Origin: Squalus acanthias
Taxonomy: Eukaryota
Direction of reading: 5' to 3'
Length of the DNA: 64,000 nt
Assembly: GCA_030390025.1 (NCBI GenBank)
Contig: CM059433.1
Span: forward strand, 108,376,001-108,440,000
Below, piece by piece: positions 12,759-24,222 of this stretch. The position numbers and the translations under genes were made by a program. Below the pieces are notes generated by a model. That model did no database searches. It had not been told where the DNA came from and was given only the letters and a program-made list of their open reading frames with translations. Within the stretch, counting starts at the first letter, position 1, and the number at the start of each line of letters is the position of its first letter.

Positions 12759-14360
12759 TAAGAACATAAGACGTAGGAGCAGGAGTAGGCCATTCGGCCC
12801 CTCGAGCCTGCTCTGCCATTCAATAAGATCATGGCTGATCTGATCTTGGCCTCAACTCCACTTCCCTGCCCGCTCCCTATAACCCTTGATTCCCTTATCT
12901 TTCAAAAATCTGTCCATCTCCGCCTTGAATATATTCAATGACGCAGCCTCCACAGCTCCCTGGGGAAGAGAATTCCAAAGATTCATGACCCTCAGAGGAG
13001 AAATTCCTCCTCATTTCTGATTTAAAAGGGTGCCCCCTTATTCTGAAATTATGTCACCTAGTTCTAGATTCCCCCAAGAGGGGAAACATCTTCTCAGCAT
13101 CTACCCTGTCAAGCCCCCTCAGAATCTTATGTTTCAATAAGATCACCTCTCATTCTTCTGAACTCCAATGATTATAGGCCCAACCTGCTCAACCTTTCTT
13201 CATAAGACAACCCCTTCATCTCTGGAATCAACCTCGTGAACCTTCTCTGAACTGCCTCCAATGCAAGTATATCCTTCCTTAAATAAGGAGACCAAAACTG
13301 TACACAGTACTCCAGGTGTGGTCTCACCAACGCCCTGTACAGTTGTAACAGGACTTCCCTACTTTTATACTCCATTCCCTTTGCAATAAAGGCCAACACT
13401 CCATTTGCCTTCCTAATTACTTGCTGTACCTGCATGCTAACTTTTTGTGATTCATGTACAAGGACCCCCAGATCCCTCTGTACCTCAGCATTTTGTAATC
13501 TCTCTCCATTTAAATAATAATTTGCTTTTTTATTTTTCCTACCAAAGTGGATAACCTCGCATTTTCCCACATTAAACTCCATCTGCCAGATTTTTGTCCA
13601 CTCACTTAGCCTATCTATATCCCTTTGGAGATTCTTTGCGTCCTCCACACAATTTTCTTTCCCACCTATCTTTGTATCATCAGCAAATTTGGCTACATTA
13701 CACTCGGTCCCTTCATCCAAGTCATTAATATAGATTGTAAATAGTTGAGGCCCCAGCACTGATCCCTGCAGCACCCCACTAGTTACAGTTTGCCAACCTG
13801 AAAATGACCCATTTATCCCGACTCTCTGTTTTCTGTTAGTTAGCGAATCCTCTATCCATGCTAATATATTGCCCCCAACCCCGTGAGCTCTTATCTTGTG
13901 TAGTAACCTTTGTATAGCACCTTATTGAATGCCTTCTGGAAATCCAGATACACGACTGGTTCCCCTTTATACACCTTGCTCGTTACATCCTCAAAGAACT
14001 CCAGCAAAAGTTTCAAATATGATTTCCCTTTCATAAAACCATGCTGACTCTACTTGACGATATTATGATTTTCTAAATGTCCTGCTATCACTTCCTTAAT
14101 GATGGACTCCAGCATTTTCCCAATGACAGATGTTAGGCTAACTGGTCGATGCTTTCTGTCTCCCTCCTTTCTTAAATAGGGGTATTACATTTGCGGTTTT
14201 CCAGTCCATTGGGACCTCTCCAGAATCCAGGGAATTTTGGTAGATTACAACCAATGCATCCACTCTCTCTGCAGCCACCTCTTTTAAGACTCTAGGATGT
14301 AGGCCATCGGGTCCAGGGGACCTGTCCATCTTTAGTCCCATTAGTTTGCCTAGTACTTTT
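12759..14360 (-). mobile_element. CR1 LINE, 5'-truncated (RT domain)
   Basis: QGSVLGPQLFTIYINDL...FADDTK in ORF 13172..13774, plus 3' tail. Confidence 0.93.
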
Positions 14361-15258
14361 ATTATAGAAATAAACGCAATTACCCCGCTTTTCCTCTGGA
14401 TAGAGACGTAACTTTCATCGATCCTTTCAATCCCAACTCTCTACAATTGTGAAGGAAAGCTCGATCTGTATAGGCCTGTAGTCACGCATACTGTCCTAGA
14501 TGATTCATTATATCCTGATAAGTTATTGTGAACAAGACCCCAGAAATTAGATATTTCCTACAAAACACCAGATGCCAACTTGTTTATCATCTAGGATATA
14601 ACTAACCATCCTGAGCTTATTGTCCCATCTCCTTAGCTCTAAACTGCCTCGGCTATCTCGTTTCACAATGTGGTGACAAAAATAAGTCAACAGGCACAAA
14701 TCACACATCCTGCACTTACAGCAGAAGCTAAACAGCACAGTTAGCTAAATTGTACCCTGACACATTAAACCTTAAAGCATCCTGAAAATGAACAACTTTA
14801 ACCATTTCATTATTTATAGCTACAGTACAAATCCACAAGCCATTTCTAAGTAAAAAGAAAACAAAAGCCCCAAAAATATGGGATTAAACCAAATCTTAAC
14901 CCTACGTATATATGCATACATGACTAGTGTATCTTACAAAGGTAAATATTGACTTCATGTAGGTTAGAACTTGTGAACAGTAGTTGTAAAGAAAAAGGTA
15001 ATTCCTTCCTTTTTCAGCAGTATAGAAATCAGAGAGAAAGAATTAAGTTTCTTGTGTGGCAGCTATTGTAAACCATTAGTCGTGAGGTTAAAGAAAATCC
15101 TAAACTAGAAATCACTAAGTTCTTTCAAAGTGAATGAGCTGTTATACAAAATTACCTGTAAATATAACTGGTTATTCTTTAAATAATGGATACATCCAAT
15201 CTACAGTGCCCATTCCCCACCTGCTGCTGTTACTTGCTGGACTTGAGGACTGTACTTT

Positions 15259-15535
15259 GAATCATAGAATGGTTACAGCACAGAAGAAGGCCATTCGGCC
15301 CATCGAGCCAGTGCTGGCTCTCTGCAAGAGTACTTCAGCTAGTCCCACTCTCCTGCCCTATCCCTTTAGCCCTGCAATTTTTTTTCCTTCAGGTACTTAT
15401 CCAACTCCCTTTTGAAAGCCGTGATTGAGTCTGCCTCCACCACCCTTTCAGGCAGTGCATTCCAGATTGTAACCACTCGCTGAGTAAAAAAGTTTTTCCT
15501 CATGTCGCCTTTGGTTATTCTGCCAATCACCTTAC
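15259..15535 (-). mobile_element. CR1 3' fragment
   Basis: RKNFFTQRVVTIWNALPERVVEA and a ttctatgatt tail. Confidence 0.85.
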
Positions 15536-16156
15536 TTCCGTGCACTTCTGACTTCCCAGCTTTATTCTGTTGTGTTGGATCCTGGAAAGAAATCCGCTTT
15601 CTCGGATAGCTTCTGGGCTTTAATATGACCTTCACCTTTACCGCCACTTTCTATTCGGAATGTATTCTCTGTAGAACTGCCTCTATTCCACTACCTAACC
15701 TGCTTCTGCAGGCTCATTTTCTGCTCCTATGCTGGGACTTTTCATTCTCTCTCTCTCAAGCTAGCACTGATTTATTCCTCTTGTTTTCCATCTTGCTCTG
15801 GATTCTGCTCCCATGCTTCTGAATGATCCCTACTTTGCTGCTATCCATGCTTCCCATGGCCATTGACTCTGCTCTGCTCCACTCATCATTCAGAGCTCAT
15901 CCATCACCCTTCACTGGACTGGGTTGGACTGGCTCCTTAAGTTCTTGCTGCTGCTCTGATCTTGTGTGCTCCTCACCTTCCTATAGCTGTTTCCTTGGAC
16001 CAGCCCCTTAATTTGCACTAATATTTTATCATTCACCCTTCTTTGGCTCCCTGAACATCTCTGTTCTTGGACTTCTTCAAGTTTCACTCCAAATTGACTC
16101 CAAGTCGATTTCATCCCACCCCAGATCTCAGACTTTAACTTTGGACTCTTTCATAT

Positions 16157-16597
16157 GCAACACGGTGGCATAGTGGTTAGCACTGGTGCCTCACAGCGCC
16201 AGAGACCCGGGTTCGAATCTGACCTCGGGTGACTGTCTGTGTGGAGTTTGCACATTCTCCCCGTGTCTGCGTGGGTTTCCTCCGGGTGCTCCGGTTTCCT
16301 CCCACAGTCCAAAAATGTGTGGGTTAGGTTGATTTGGCTATGATAAATTGACCCTTAGTGTTAGGGGGGATTAAATATGTGGGGTTATGGGGATAGGATG
16401 GGATATGTTAGGGGGAATTAAATACGTGGGGTTACGGGGGTAGGGTGGGATATGTGTACTGTGGGGATTAAAGCAGGGACAGGGTACTGGATTTGGATGA
16501 TCAGCCATGATCGTATTGAATGGCGGAGCAGGCTCGACGGGCCGAATGGCCTACTCCTGCTCCTAGATTCTATGTTTCTATGTTTCTATGTTTCTAT
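16157..16597 (+). mobile_element. HE1-type V-SINE (tRNA head, V-domain, CR1-derived tail)
   Basis: A-box tggcatagtgg, B-box gggttcgaatc, V-domain tggagtttgcacattctccccgtgtctgcgtgggtttcctccgggtgctccggtttcctcccac, CR1 tail ending in (tatgtttc)n. Confidence 0.9.
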
Positions 16598-16619
16598 ATT
16601 GTCTCCACCCTGTCTGCTG

Positions 16620-17822
16620 TTTATGAACAGCATGGCTCTTCTAATCTCTGCCATGTCTCTATAATCTGAATTCCCTCTGTGTCTTTTCGCATGTGCATTT
16701 TAACTGCCACTCTGGACCCGAGCCGATTGCATCTACCTTTTTTTCCTCTTGGCCCCTCTCGGGCCCTTCTCAACTGTTTCCTTCCCTTCCTGGCACCCAC
16801 TCATGCCACCTTTCATTTCTCCCTGCATCAGGTACTTTGCCCCCTCCAATCCCTACCCCAACCCATCAATACTCCACTGCTTTCCAACTCTCCTACCATC
16901 AGTCCAGGTTTGCCTCCTTCTTGACTAAGCTCATGGCTACCTTTCTCCAAAGGTCCGATTAAGGCACCTATCAATGCCTGCTTAAGAGCAATAGCAACCA
17001 ACTTCCCCATCCTCCTCCCTCACCAATCTTGCCCAAAACACCCTCTGGGTGCTAACCTCACCAACCTGCTTCCCATCCCACTCACCCCACCCATCACTGT
17101 CTCCTTGGACTGCAAGCATACAAACAATCACTGTCACTTCTCCACATTTCCCTCCAGAATGTCAGTTCACTCATGATCAAGGCCCTTGACCTTTTGACAC
17201 AGACCCAGAAGAATTGAGAAGGTAAACTGTCTGTGGACAAGAGGGACCAGCAGAATTGAGAAAGTCAGAGGCGTGTGGTACATGCACATATACTGGCTCC
17301 AAGCCAATCAGAATATCAATCCATTCCTTGAACGTGTTGTGACCTCCCAAATCCGTGTGCATTTTTCCCCACAACTCTCTTTGTTTGTATTTCTCATCGG
17401 GTTTTTGCTCCCGCCACAGCACCAATTAAAGTCTCAAATCCTCTGTGACTGCAGCCCTTGTGCATTATGCCTTTTGATAAGCTTTTGACATCTTCAGCTT
17501 TTGACACAATTGACTACACCACCCTCCTCCATCCCTCCAACACGCCCCCACCCCAATTTTCCATTGTTGTGACCCTGACCTCTTGTTCATTCCCCTCATG
17601 TTGCCCACCATTGACGCCTATCCCTTAGGCCATCTCTCCAATTCCCTCCCTAAACCCCTCCTCCAAATGACCTTCATTAAAACCTACCTCTTTGACCAAG
17701 CATTTGTCCACCTATCCTAATATGTCCTTTGGTGCGACATCCAAATTTTTTAATTCCATTTCTGTGCAGTGCCTGGGATATTTTTCTATGTTAAAGGTGC
17801 TATATAAATGCATGTTGCTGTT
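16620..17822 (+). mobile_element. L2-type LINE, fragmented
   Basis: Decayed EN start (ctccagaatgtcagttcactc), RT motif (cagcttttgacacaattgac), and 3' end aaaacctacctctttgaccaag...aaaggtgctatataaatgca. Confidence 0.65.
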
Positions 17823-18294
17823 TTTTAATTATTATTATGTTATCTTAATTTCAATTGTTTGCTTTGTCCGCTTGCTGTCTTTGGGAGATTGGAGTGGTCA
17901 GGGCTGCCGTTGTCTCCTGGCCTTGGACCAGTAAACTGCATATTAGCATAAACTTATTCAGTTGGAGATTTTATTGCCAATAACCAAATCTGCATTGTGG
18001 CTATTTGCTACCATATTTCTTCCATCAACTGGAAGAAATGGAGAATACCATACAGAGCTAGTTAAATTTAATTTATTACTCCTCGTGCCTGGCATATTAA
18101 CTCGACCATGACTGCAATGTTAGGTTTACCATGCTAATTTTATGTCTGGCTTTTAGTTTGAACATTTTTTTAAATTAAATATAAATTTTCAGTACAGCTT
18201 GTGTAATTGGGACAGAACACTTAGAATAGAATTGTAGTTAAAACTATTTAGCTTTTGTAGAGATCCTTAATATTTTAAAATACATTGAGTGCCA

Positions 18295-19155
18295 GTTTGG
18301 CTCACTTGGTAGCACTCTCACCACTGAGTCAGAAGATCAAGGGTTCAAGCTCCATTTCAAGACATGAACACATAAGAAAGAAAGACTTTCATTTATAGAG
18401 TGCCTTTCATGACCTCAAGATGTCCCAAAGTACCACTGAAGTACTTTTTGAAGTGTTGTAATGTACGAAATGCGTGAGCCAATTTGCGCACAGCAAGCTC
18501 CCACAAACCAATATGATAATGACCAGATAATTTGTTTTTTGTGATGTTGATTGAAGGATAAATATTGGCTAGGACACTGGGGATAACTCCCCTGCTCTTC
18601 TTTGAAATAGTGCCATGGGATCTTTTACGTCCACATGAGAGAGCAGACAGGGCCTCGGTTTAACGTCTCATCCGAAAGACGGCACCTCCAACAGTGCAGC
18701 ATTCCCTCAGCACTGCACTGGAGTGTCAGCCTAGATTTTTGTGCTCAAGTCTCTGGAGTGGGACTTAAACCTACAACCTTCTGACTCAGAGGCGAGAGTG
18801 CTACCCACTGAGCCATGGCTCAAACATAATGTAGGCAGACACTTCATTGTAGTACTGAGACAGTACTGCATTGTCTTTTGGATGAGCCATTGAAGTTGCC
18901 TGCTCAGGTGGATGTAAAAGATTCCACGGCACTGTTTAAAGAAGAGCATGGAGTCCTCTCAGTATCCTGGCAACATTTATCCATCAAACAACATCTCAAA
19001 ACAGATTAATTGGTTGGTCACTTTTCTTGTTTGCTGCTGGGGAGCCTTGCAATTTAGCTGTCAGTGAGCATACTTCAAAAATAATTCATTGGCTAGAAGT
19101 TGTTTTGGGATGTCCTGAGCAGGTTAAAGATGCTATAGAAATGCAGGTTCTTTCT
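18295..19155 (+). mobile_element. SacSINE1-like DeuSINE split by an antisense copy of the same family
   Basis: Head at 18295-18374 and remainder at ~18830-19155. Confidence 0.75.
18375..18820 (-). mobile_element. SacSINE1-like DeuSINE, full length
   Basis: Deu-domain (ggtgccgtctttcggatgagacgttaaaccgagg...aaagatcccatggcact on the minus strand), tRNA head and (tttc)n tail. Confidence 0.85.
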
Positions 19156-19328
19156 TAAAAATATATTAATACCTGAAATGGGTTAGAAATTAAAAAACAG
19201 GAAAAGGAGCAAAAGGGACATGATGCCAGAATGTCTAAGCAAGTGCTATACCTACAAACAAACATGATGTTTTTCTCCTATTTCCTAATGATCAAAGATT
19301 ACCAATTAATCTGCATATTATTTTTTAG

Positions 19329-19410
19329 ATTTGCTCACTGTGGAAGAACTAATGAAACCTATTAAAGGGGAAGCTCTAATTCCAAGAGGATTTGACTTGC
19401 ATCCAGTAAG
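19329..19410 (+). CDS. CEP162: CEP162 coding exon (DLLTVEELMKPIKGEALIPRGFDLHPV)
   Basis: Acceptor ttttttag, donor AG|gtattg, 82 nt. Matches recalled human DLPTVEELMKPI...GFDLQPV. Confidence 0.93.
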
Positions 19411-20267
19411 GTATTGTAACTTTATTTTGAATTAAAGGTCATTTGGACAATGTTAAGTGCAAATAGTGATAATTTATTATCTTAAATACATCACACTGTG
19501 TCTTGTTCTGTTGAAATGTTTCACCAGAATGTAAAATATTTTACTGGTAGTCAGCATTATCCTTCTACAGAGACTCTGACCACAGGTTCTGAAAAATTTG
19601 TGTGCTTGTAGATAATAAACTAGCTTCACTATTGCCTTGAATGGTCCAACTCAATTTAGGAAAACGGGAAAGGATAGCACTAGAAGCGACAACTATGTTT
19701 CAGTTGACCAATCCCAAAGGTCCATGCAGGACTCCTATTTATCATACCCCTCAATTGCTTTATCTGTCAAACATCTATCTGGTTCCCTTTTGAATTTACT
19801 GATACTATCTCCTTGTAATCTTTTCCATGTATTCTCCACTCTCTTGTTAAATCTACACTGTTCATTTTCTCAGTTGTGTGCTTGAGTACAATGCTTCAAT
19901 CGTGGAGTACCATTAGCATCGGGACAGATCTATCTTGCCTCTTTGTACCACTGCATGTGCTACAGAGGTGCAGTACTGGCAAAGATCTCCACCTGAAATG
20001 ATAACATGCTTTTTTTCAGATGCTAATGGTTCTGCTATGTATTTGCAGCATTTTCTACTCAGATTTTCAGTATTTGTTTTTTTTTTAATCTCAGTTAAGT
20101 TTGATAAAATCTAGAAATTTCCACACGAAAAGAGGCTATTTAGCCAGTAATACTTTTGGTTTGTTTTGCTTTAAGAGAGCAGTGGCAAGTATTGTTACTT
20201 ATTAAGCATTTGTTTGCAAATGACATAAATGAAACATTAGTATTTTCATCATCTTCCCCTTTTGCAG

Positions 20268-20559
20268 TACAAATGCACAGCAGGACAGTGAAACAGCAGA
20301 AATATTCAGAAAACTGATGTCGAAGGACTCCAACAATGCTGTTCCTTCTGAATCACAGCTGGACTCCAATCATTTCTCTGAAAGACCAAACACATACAAA
20401 GAATTATCTGAAAGATCATTCAAGGAAAACACAAACCACATGAGTAGAATTTGTGATGATCATGTGGAAGCCTTAATTAATGAAGTTAAATACGATTCTG
20501 CAACCAAACACAGTCTCACAGCTTCTGCTTCACAAGCTGTTCCTCACAGAGATGATCAG
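20268..20559 (+). CDS. CEP162: CEP162 coding exon (TNAQQDSETAEIFRKLMSKDS...HRDDQ)
   Basis: Acceptor cccttttgcag, donor CAG|gtacat, 292 nt open and phase-compatible with both neighbours (ORF 20317..20598). Region of low conservation. Confidence 0.82.
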
Positions 20560-20932
20560 GTACATGTGATTCCATTTATGTGCTATACAGACATTTAATT
20601 TGAACCCATTTTAGTAATTGGATGTTTTTAGGTACTGTCAGTAGTGTGTTATGAGGTAATTTGTATTCATCTATTTTATTTTTATTAGTACTACGTGTCC
20701 CTTTTTGGATAAATTTTGTGTTCATGCAGTGATAGTGCTGCAGACTGAGACTAATTTAGTTTTTCCATCCTATACTCTTCGTATGCCAAGTTCTCCACAG
20801 ACAGATAATAATTGAGTTTGATGGAATTCAGTGCTCTAACAATTTACCTTAATGCCAGTATCGGAGAAAGGTACCACACAATGAACGACAATATTTACCA
20901 GCTAGGATCCCTGTGAGCTGTAATTTGTAATA

Positions 20933-22610
20933 TAAGAACATAGAAATAAGAGCAGGAGTAGGCCATACGGCCCCTCGAGCCTGCTCCGCCATTCAGAAAG
21001 ATCACGGCTAATCATCGACCTCAACTCCACTTTCCTGCCCGATCCCCATATCCCTCGATTTCCTCTGAGTCCAAAAATCTATCTATCTCAGCCTTGAATA
21101 TACTCAAAGACTCAGCATTCACAGCCCTCTGGGGCAGAGAATTCCAAAGATTCACAACCCTCTGAGTGAAGAAATTCCTCCTCATCTCGGTCTTAAATGG
21201 CCTACCCCTTATCCTGAGACTATGCCCCCTAGTTCTAGACACTCCAGCCAGGGGAAACAACCTCTCGGCATCTACCCTGTTGATCCCCTTCAGAATCTTG
21301 TATGTTTCAATGAGATCACCTCTCATTCTTCTAAACTCCAGAGAGTATAGGCCCATTCTACACACTCTCTCATCATAGGACAGCCCTCTCATCCCAGGAA
21401 TCAATCTAGTGAACCTTTGTTGCACCGCCTCCAAGGCAAGTATATCCTTCCTTAGATAAGGATACCAAAACTGTGCACAGTATTCCAGGTGTGGTCTCAC
21501 CAAGGCCCTGTACAATTGTAACAAGGCTTCCTTACTCTTATACTTCAACCCCCTTGCAAAAAAGGCCAACATGCCATTTGCCTTCCTTATTGCTTGCTGT
21601 ACCTGCATGCTAGCTTTCTGTGTTTCTTGCACGAGGACACCCAAATCTCTCTCAACACCAACATTTGAAAGTTTCTCACCATTTAAAAAATATTCTGTTT
21701 TTCTATTCTTCCTACCAAAGTGAATAACCTCACATTTCCCTACATTATACTCCATCTGCCACCTTATTGCCCACTCATTAAGTCTATCTATATCCCTTTG
21801 CAGACTCTTTGTGTTCTCCTCACAGCTTACTGTCCCACCTAGCTTTGTATCGTCAGCAAACTTGGATACATTATACTCGGTCCCTTCATCTAGGTCATTA
21901 ATATACTGTAGATTGTAAATAGCTGAGGCCCCAACACTGATCCTTGCGGCACCACACTAGGTACAGCCTGCCAACCTGAAAAAGATCCGTTTATCCCTAC
22001 TCTCTCTTTTCTGTCCGTTAATCAATCTTCTACCCGTGCTACTATATTACCCCCGACCCCATGAGCCCTAATCTTGTGTAATAACCTGTTATGTGGCACC
22101 TTATCTAATGCCTTTTGGAAATCCAAATATACTACATCCAGTGGTTCCCCTTTATCTACCCTGCTAGTTACATCCTCAAAAAACGCTAATAAATTTGTCA
22201 AGCACAATTTCCCTTTCATAAAACCATGTTGACTCTGCCTAATCATGTTAAGTGCCCTGATACCACTTCCTTAATGGATTCCAGCATTTTCCCAACGACT
22301 GATGTCTGGCTAACTGGCCTGTAGTTCCCTGTTTTCTCTCTCCCTCCTTTCTTGAATAGCAGTGTTACATTTGCGACCTTCCAATCTGCTGGGACCGTTC
22401 TAGAATCTAGGGAATTTTGGAAGATCAAAACCAATGCATCCACTATCTCTTCAGCCACCTCTTTTAGAACCCTAGGATGTGGGCCATCAGGTCCGTGGAT
22501 TTGTCGGCTTTTAGTCCCATTAGTTTCTCTAGTACTTTTTCTCTACTTATATTAATTACGTTAAGTTCCTCACCCTCATTAAACCCTTGGTTCCCCACCA
22601 TTTTTGGTAA
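20933..22610 (-). mobile_element. CR1 LINE, 5'-truncated
   Basis: RT and C-terminal ORFs 21021..21755, 22022..22246 and 22243..22458. Confidence 0.93.
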
Positions 22611-22939
22611 CCCCTTATCTGCTATCTCTCAATGGTCTCCTGAATCTGAGAATTACAATAATTGGAAATTAATTATAAGACCACAGAAGAACTTTCTATA
22701 TTTATTATAGTTATACTTTGAATATTTTTGAATGCTAAAGTTTGCAAAACCTCTGAGACAATAGCTGTCTTTCGAGATTATTTTGATTGTAGACATGCTT
22801 TGTTCCCTGAGATATGGTGAGAAAGACAAATGCTTCACAACAATTGGTTCAAAGCAAGCAGCTACACTGATTAAAATGCCACCTTAAGACTGATGTGTAT
22901 CATATTTGAAATGTCAGGTTTAGTGAACAATGGACTCAA

Positions 22940-23385
22940 ATTCTTTGGAATTCTCTACCCCAAAGGGCTGTGGACGCTGAGTAATTGAGTGTATTCAAGG
23001 CTGAGATAGATAGATTTTTGGACTCTAGGGGAAATTAAGAGAGATATGTGGAGCGGGCGGGAATGTGGAGTTGAGGTCGAAGATCAGCCATGATCTTATT
23101 GAATGGCGAAGTAGGCTCGAAGGGCCGTATGGCCTACTCCTGCTCCTAATTCTTATGTAATATTCTAACAAAGGATGGTAGAAATTTGGAACTCTTTCTC
23201 TCAAAAGGCTGTGGATGTTAGGAGATTTTGAGCTTTCAAGATTGAGATAGATAGATTTTTGTTAGGTAAGGGCATCAAAAGGAATATGGAGCAAAGATGG
23301 GAAAATGGAGTTGAGGTGCAGCTCAGCATTATCTAATTGAATGACTGAGCAGGCCCTAAGGGCTGCATAGCCTACTCCTGTTACT
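22940..23385 (+). mobile_element. Two tandem CR1 3'-end fragments
   Basis: tggaattctctacccc...gatcagccatgatcttattgaatggc...cctactcctgctcc occurs twice; the second copy is more degenerate. Confidence 0.8.
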
Positions 23386-24222
23386 ATTCAACTAACGCTC
23401 AACAGAAATTGTTACTGAGTATACAGATTTTACTTTTAATAGCCTTTGATAACATTTTACAAACTAGTAAGTTACTCATGAACTATTCACTTGAATGAGG
23501 AGATGGGTGATGCAGTGGGGTTAAATATTGTCCATTTACTTCTGGAGCTGAGTTTGAATCGAGCACAGATAGGTGCAGTGCAAGTTTAAAGTGTCTTGGG
23601 ATGTTTTTCTAAATTAAAGTTTTCGTGTAAATGCAAATTGCTGTTGTAAGTTACTTTTCTCCCTGCTAGCTGTAAAGTGCTGAAGAAAAATTAATTGGTT
23701 CCAAATGGGTCTGGGCGCACAGCACCAAACTACTCAAAATTCAGTACTAATTGACACCAAGTTTTACTCAGAAGCCATAAGGATGATCAGCATGAAGAAA
23801 TAAAAATGAACACTAGTGCAGTAAAGTCAGTGTTATTGATTTGATGCCAACATTAAGTACCAAGAGTAAAAAAAATCCCATTTGTAAGTACTACCATCTC
23901 TCACAATATTGAAAGCCAAAAAGATCCGACCATCTTCCCCTCCCCCGCCCCGCACCCATCAAAGTAACCAGTATAATACAGTACAACTATTTATTTTTTT
24001 ACACAGCTGAGCCATTGTGTTTTTTAATATACAAGGAAAGTGGTCAGATCTGCTTAGCCCACTCAGGCATACAGTAATTTTTTTTTTAAATATTGTTTTA
24101 TAATTGAACAGTTTGATCTGAAGATTTATTTAGTGTTCGTTCTTGCCAGATTTGCTGGTCAATAGTTTAGCTTGTAGGTATAAAATTCAGTTGACTGGAT
24201 GAATATATTCTAATAGCACTCC

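Noticed and set aside
16157-16235. tRNA gene
   Set aside because: It is the tRNA-derived head of the HE1 SINE and continues directly into the V-domain.
23495-23800. Possible degenerate LF-SINE-like element
   Set aside because: Only short motif resemblance from memory; too diverged to call.
24007-24070. Acceptor-like ttttttacacag as a missing exon
   Set aside because: The required phase-0 frame hits TAA after six codons.
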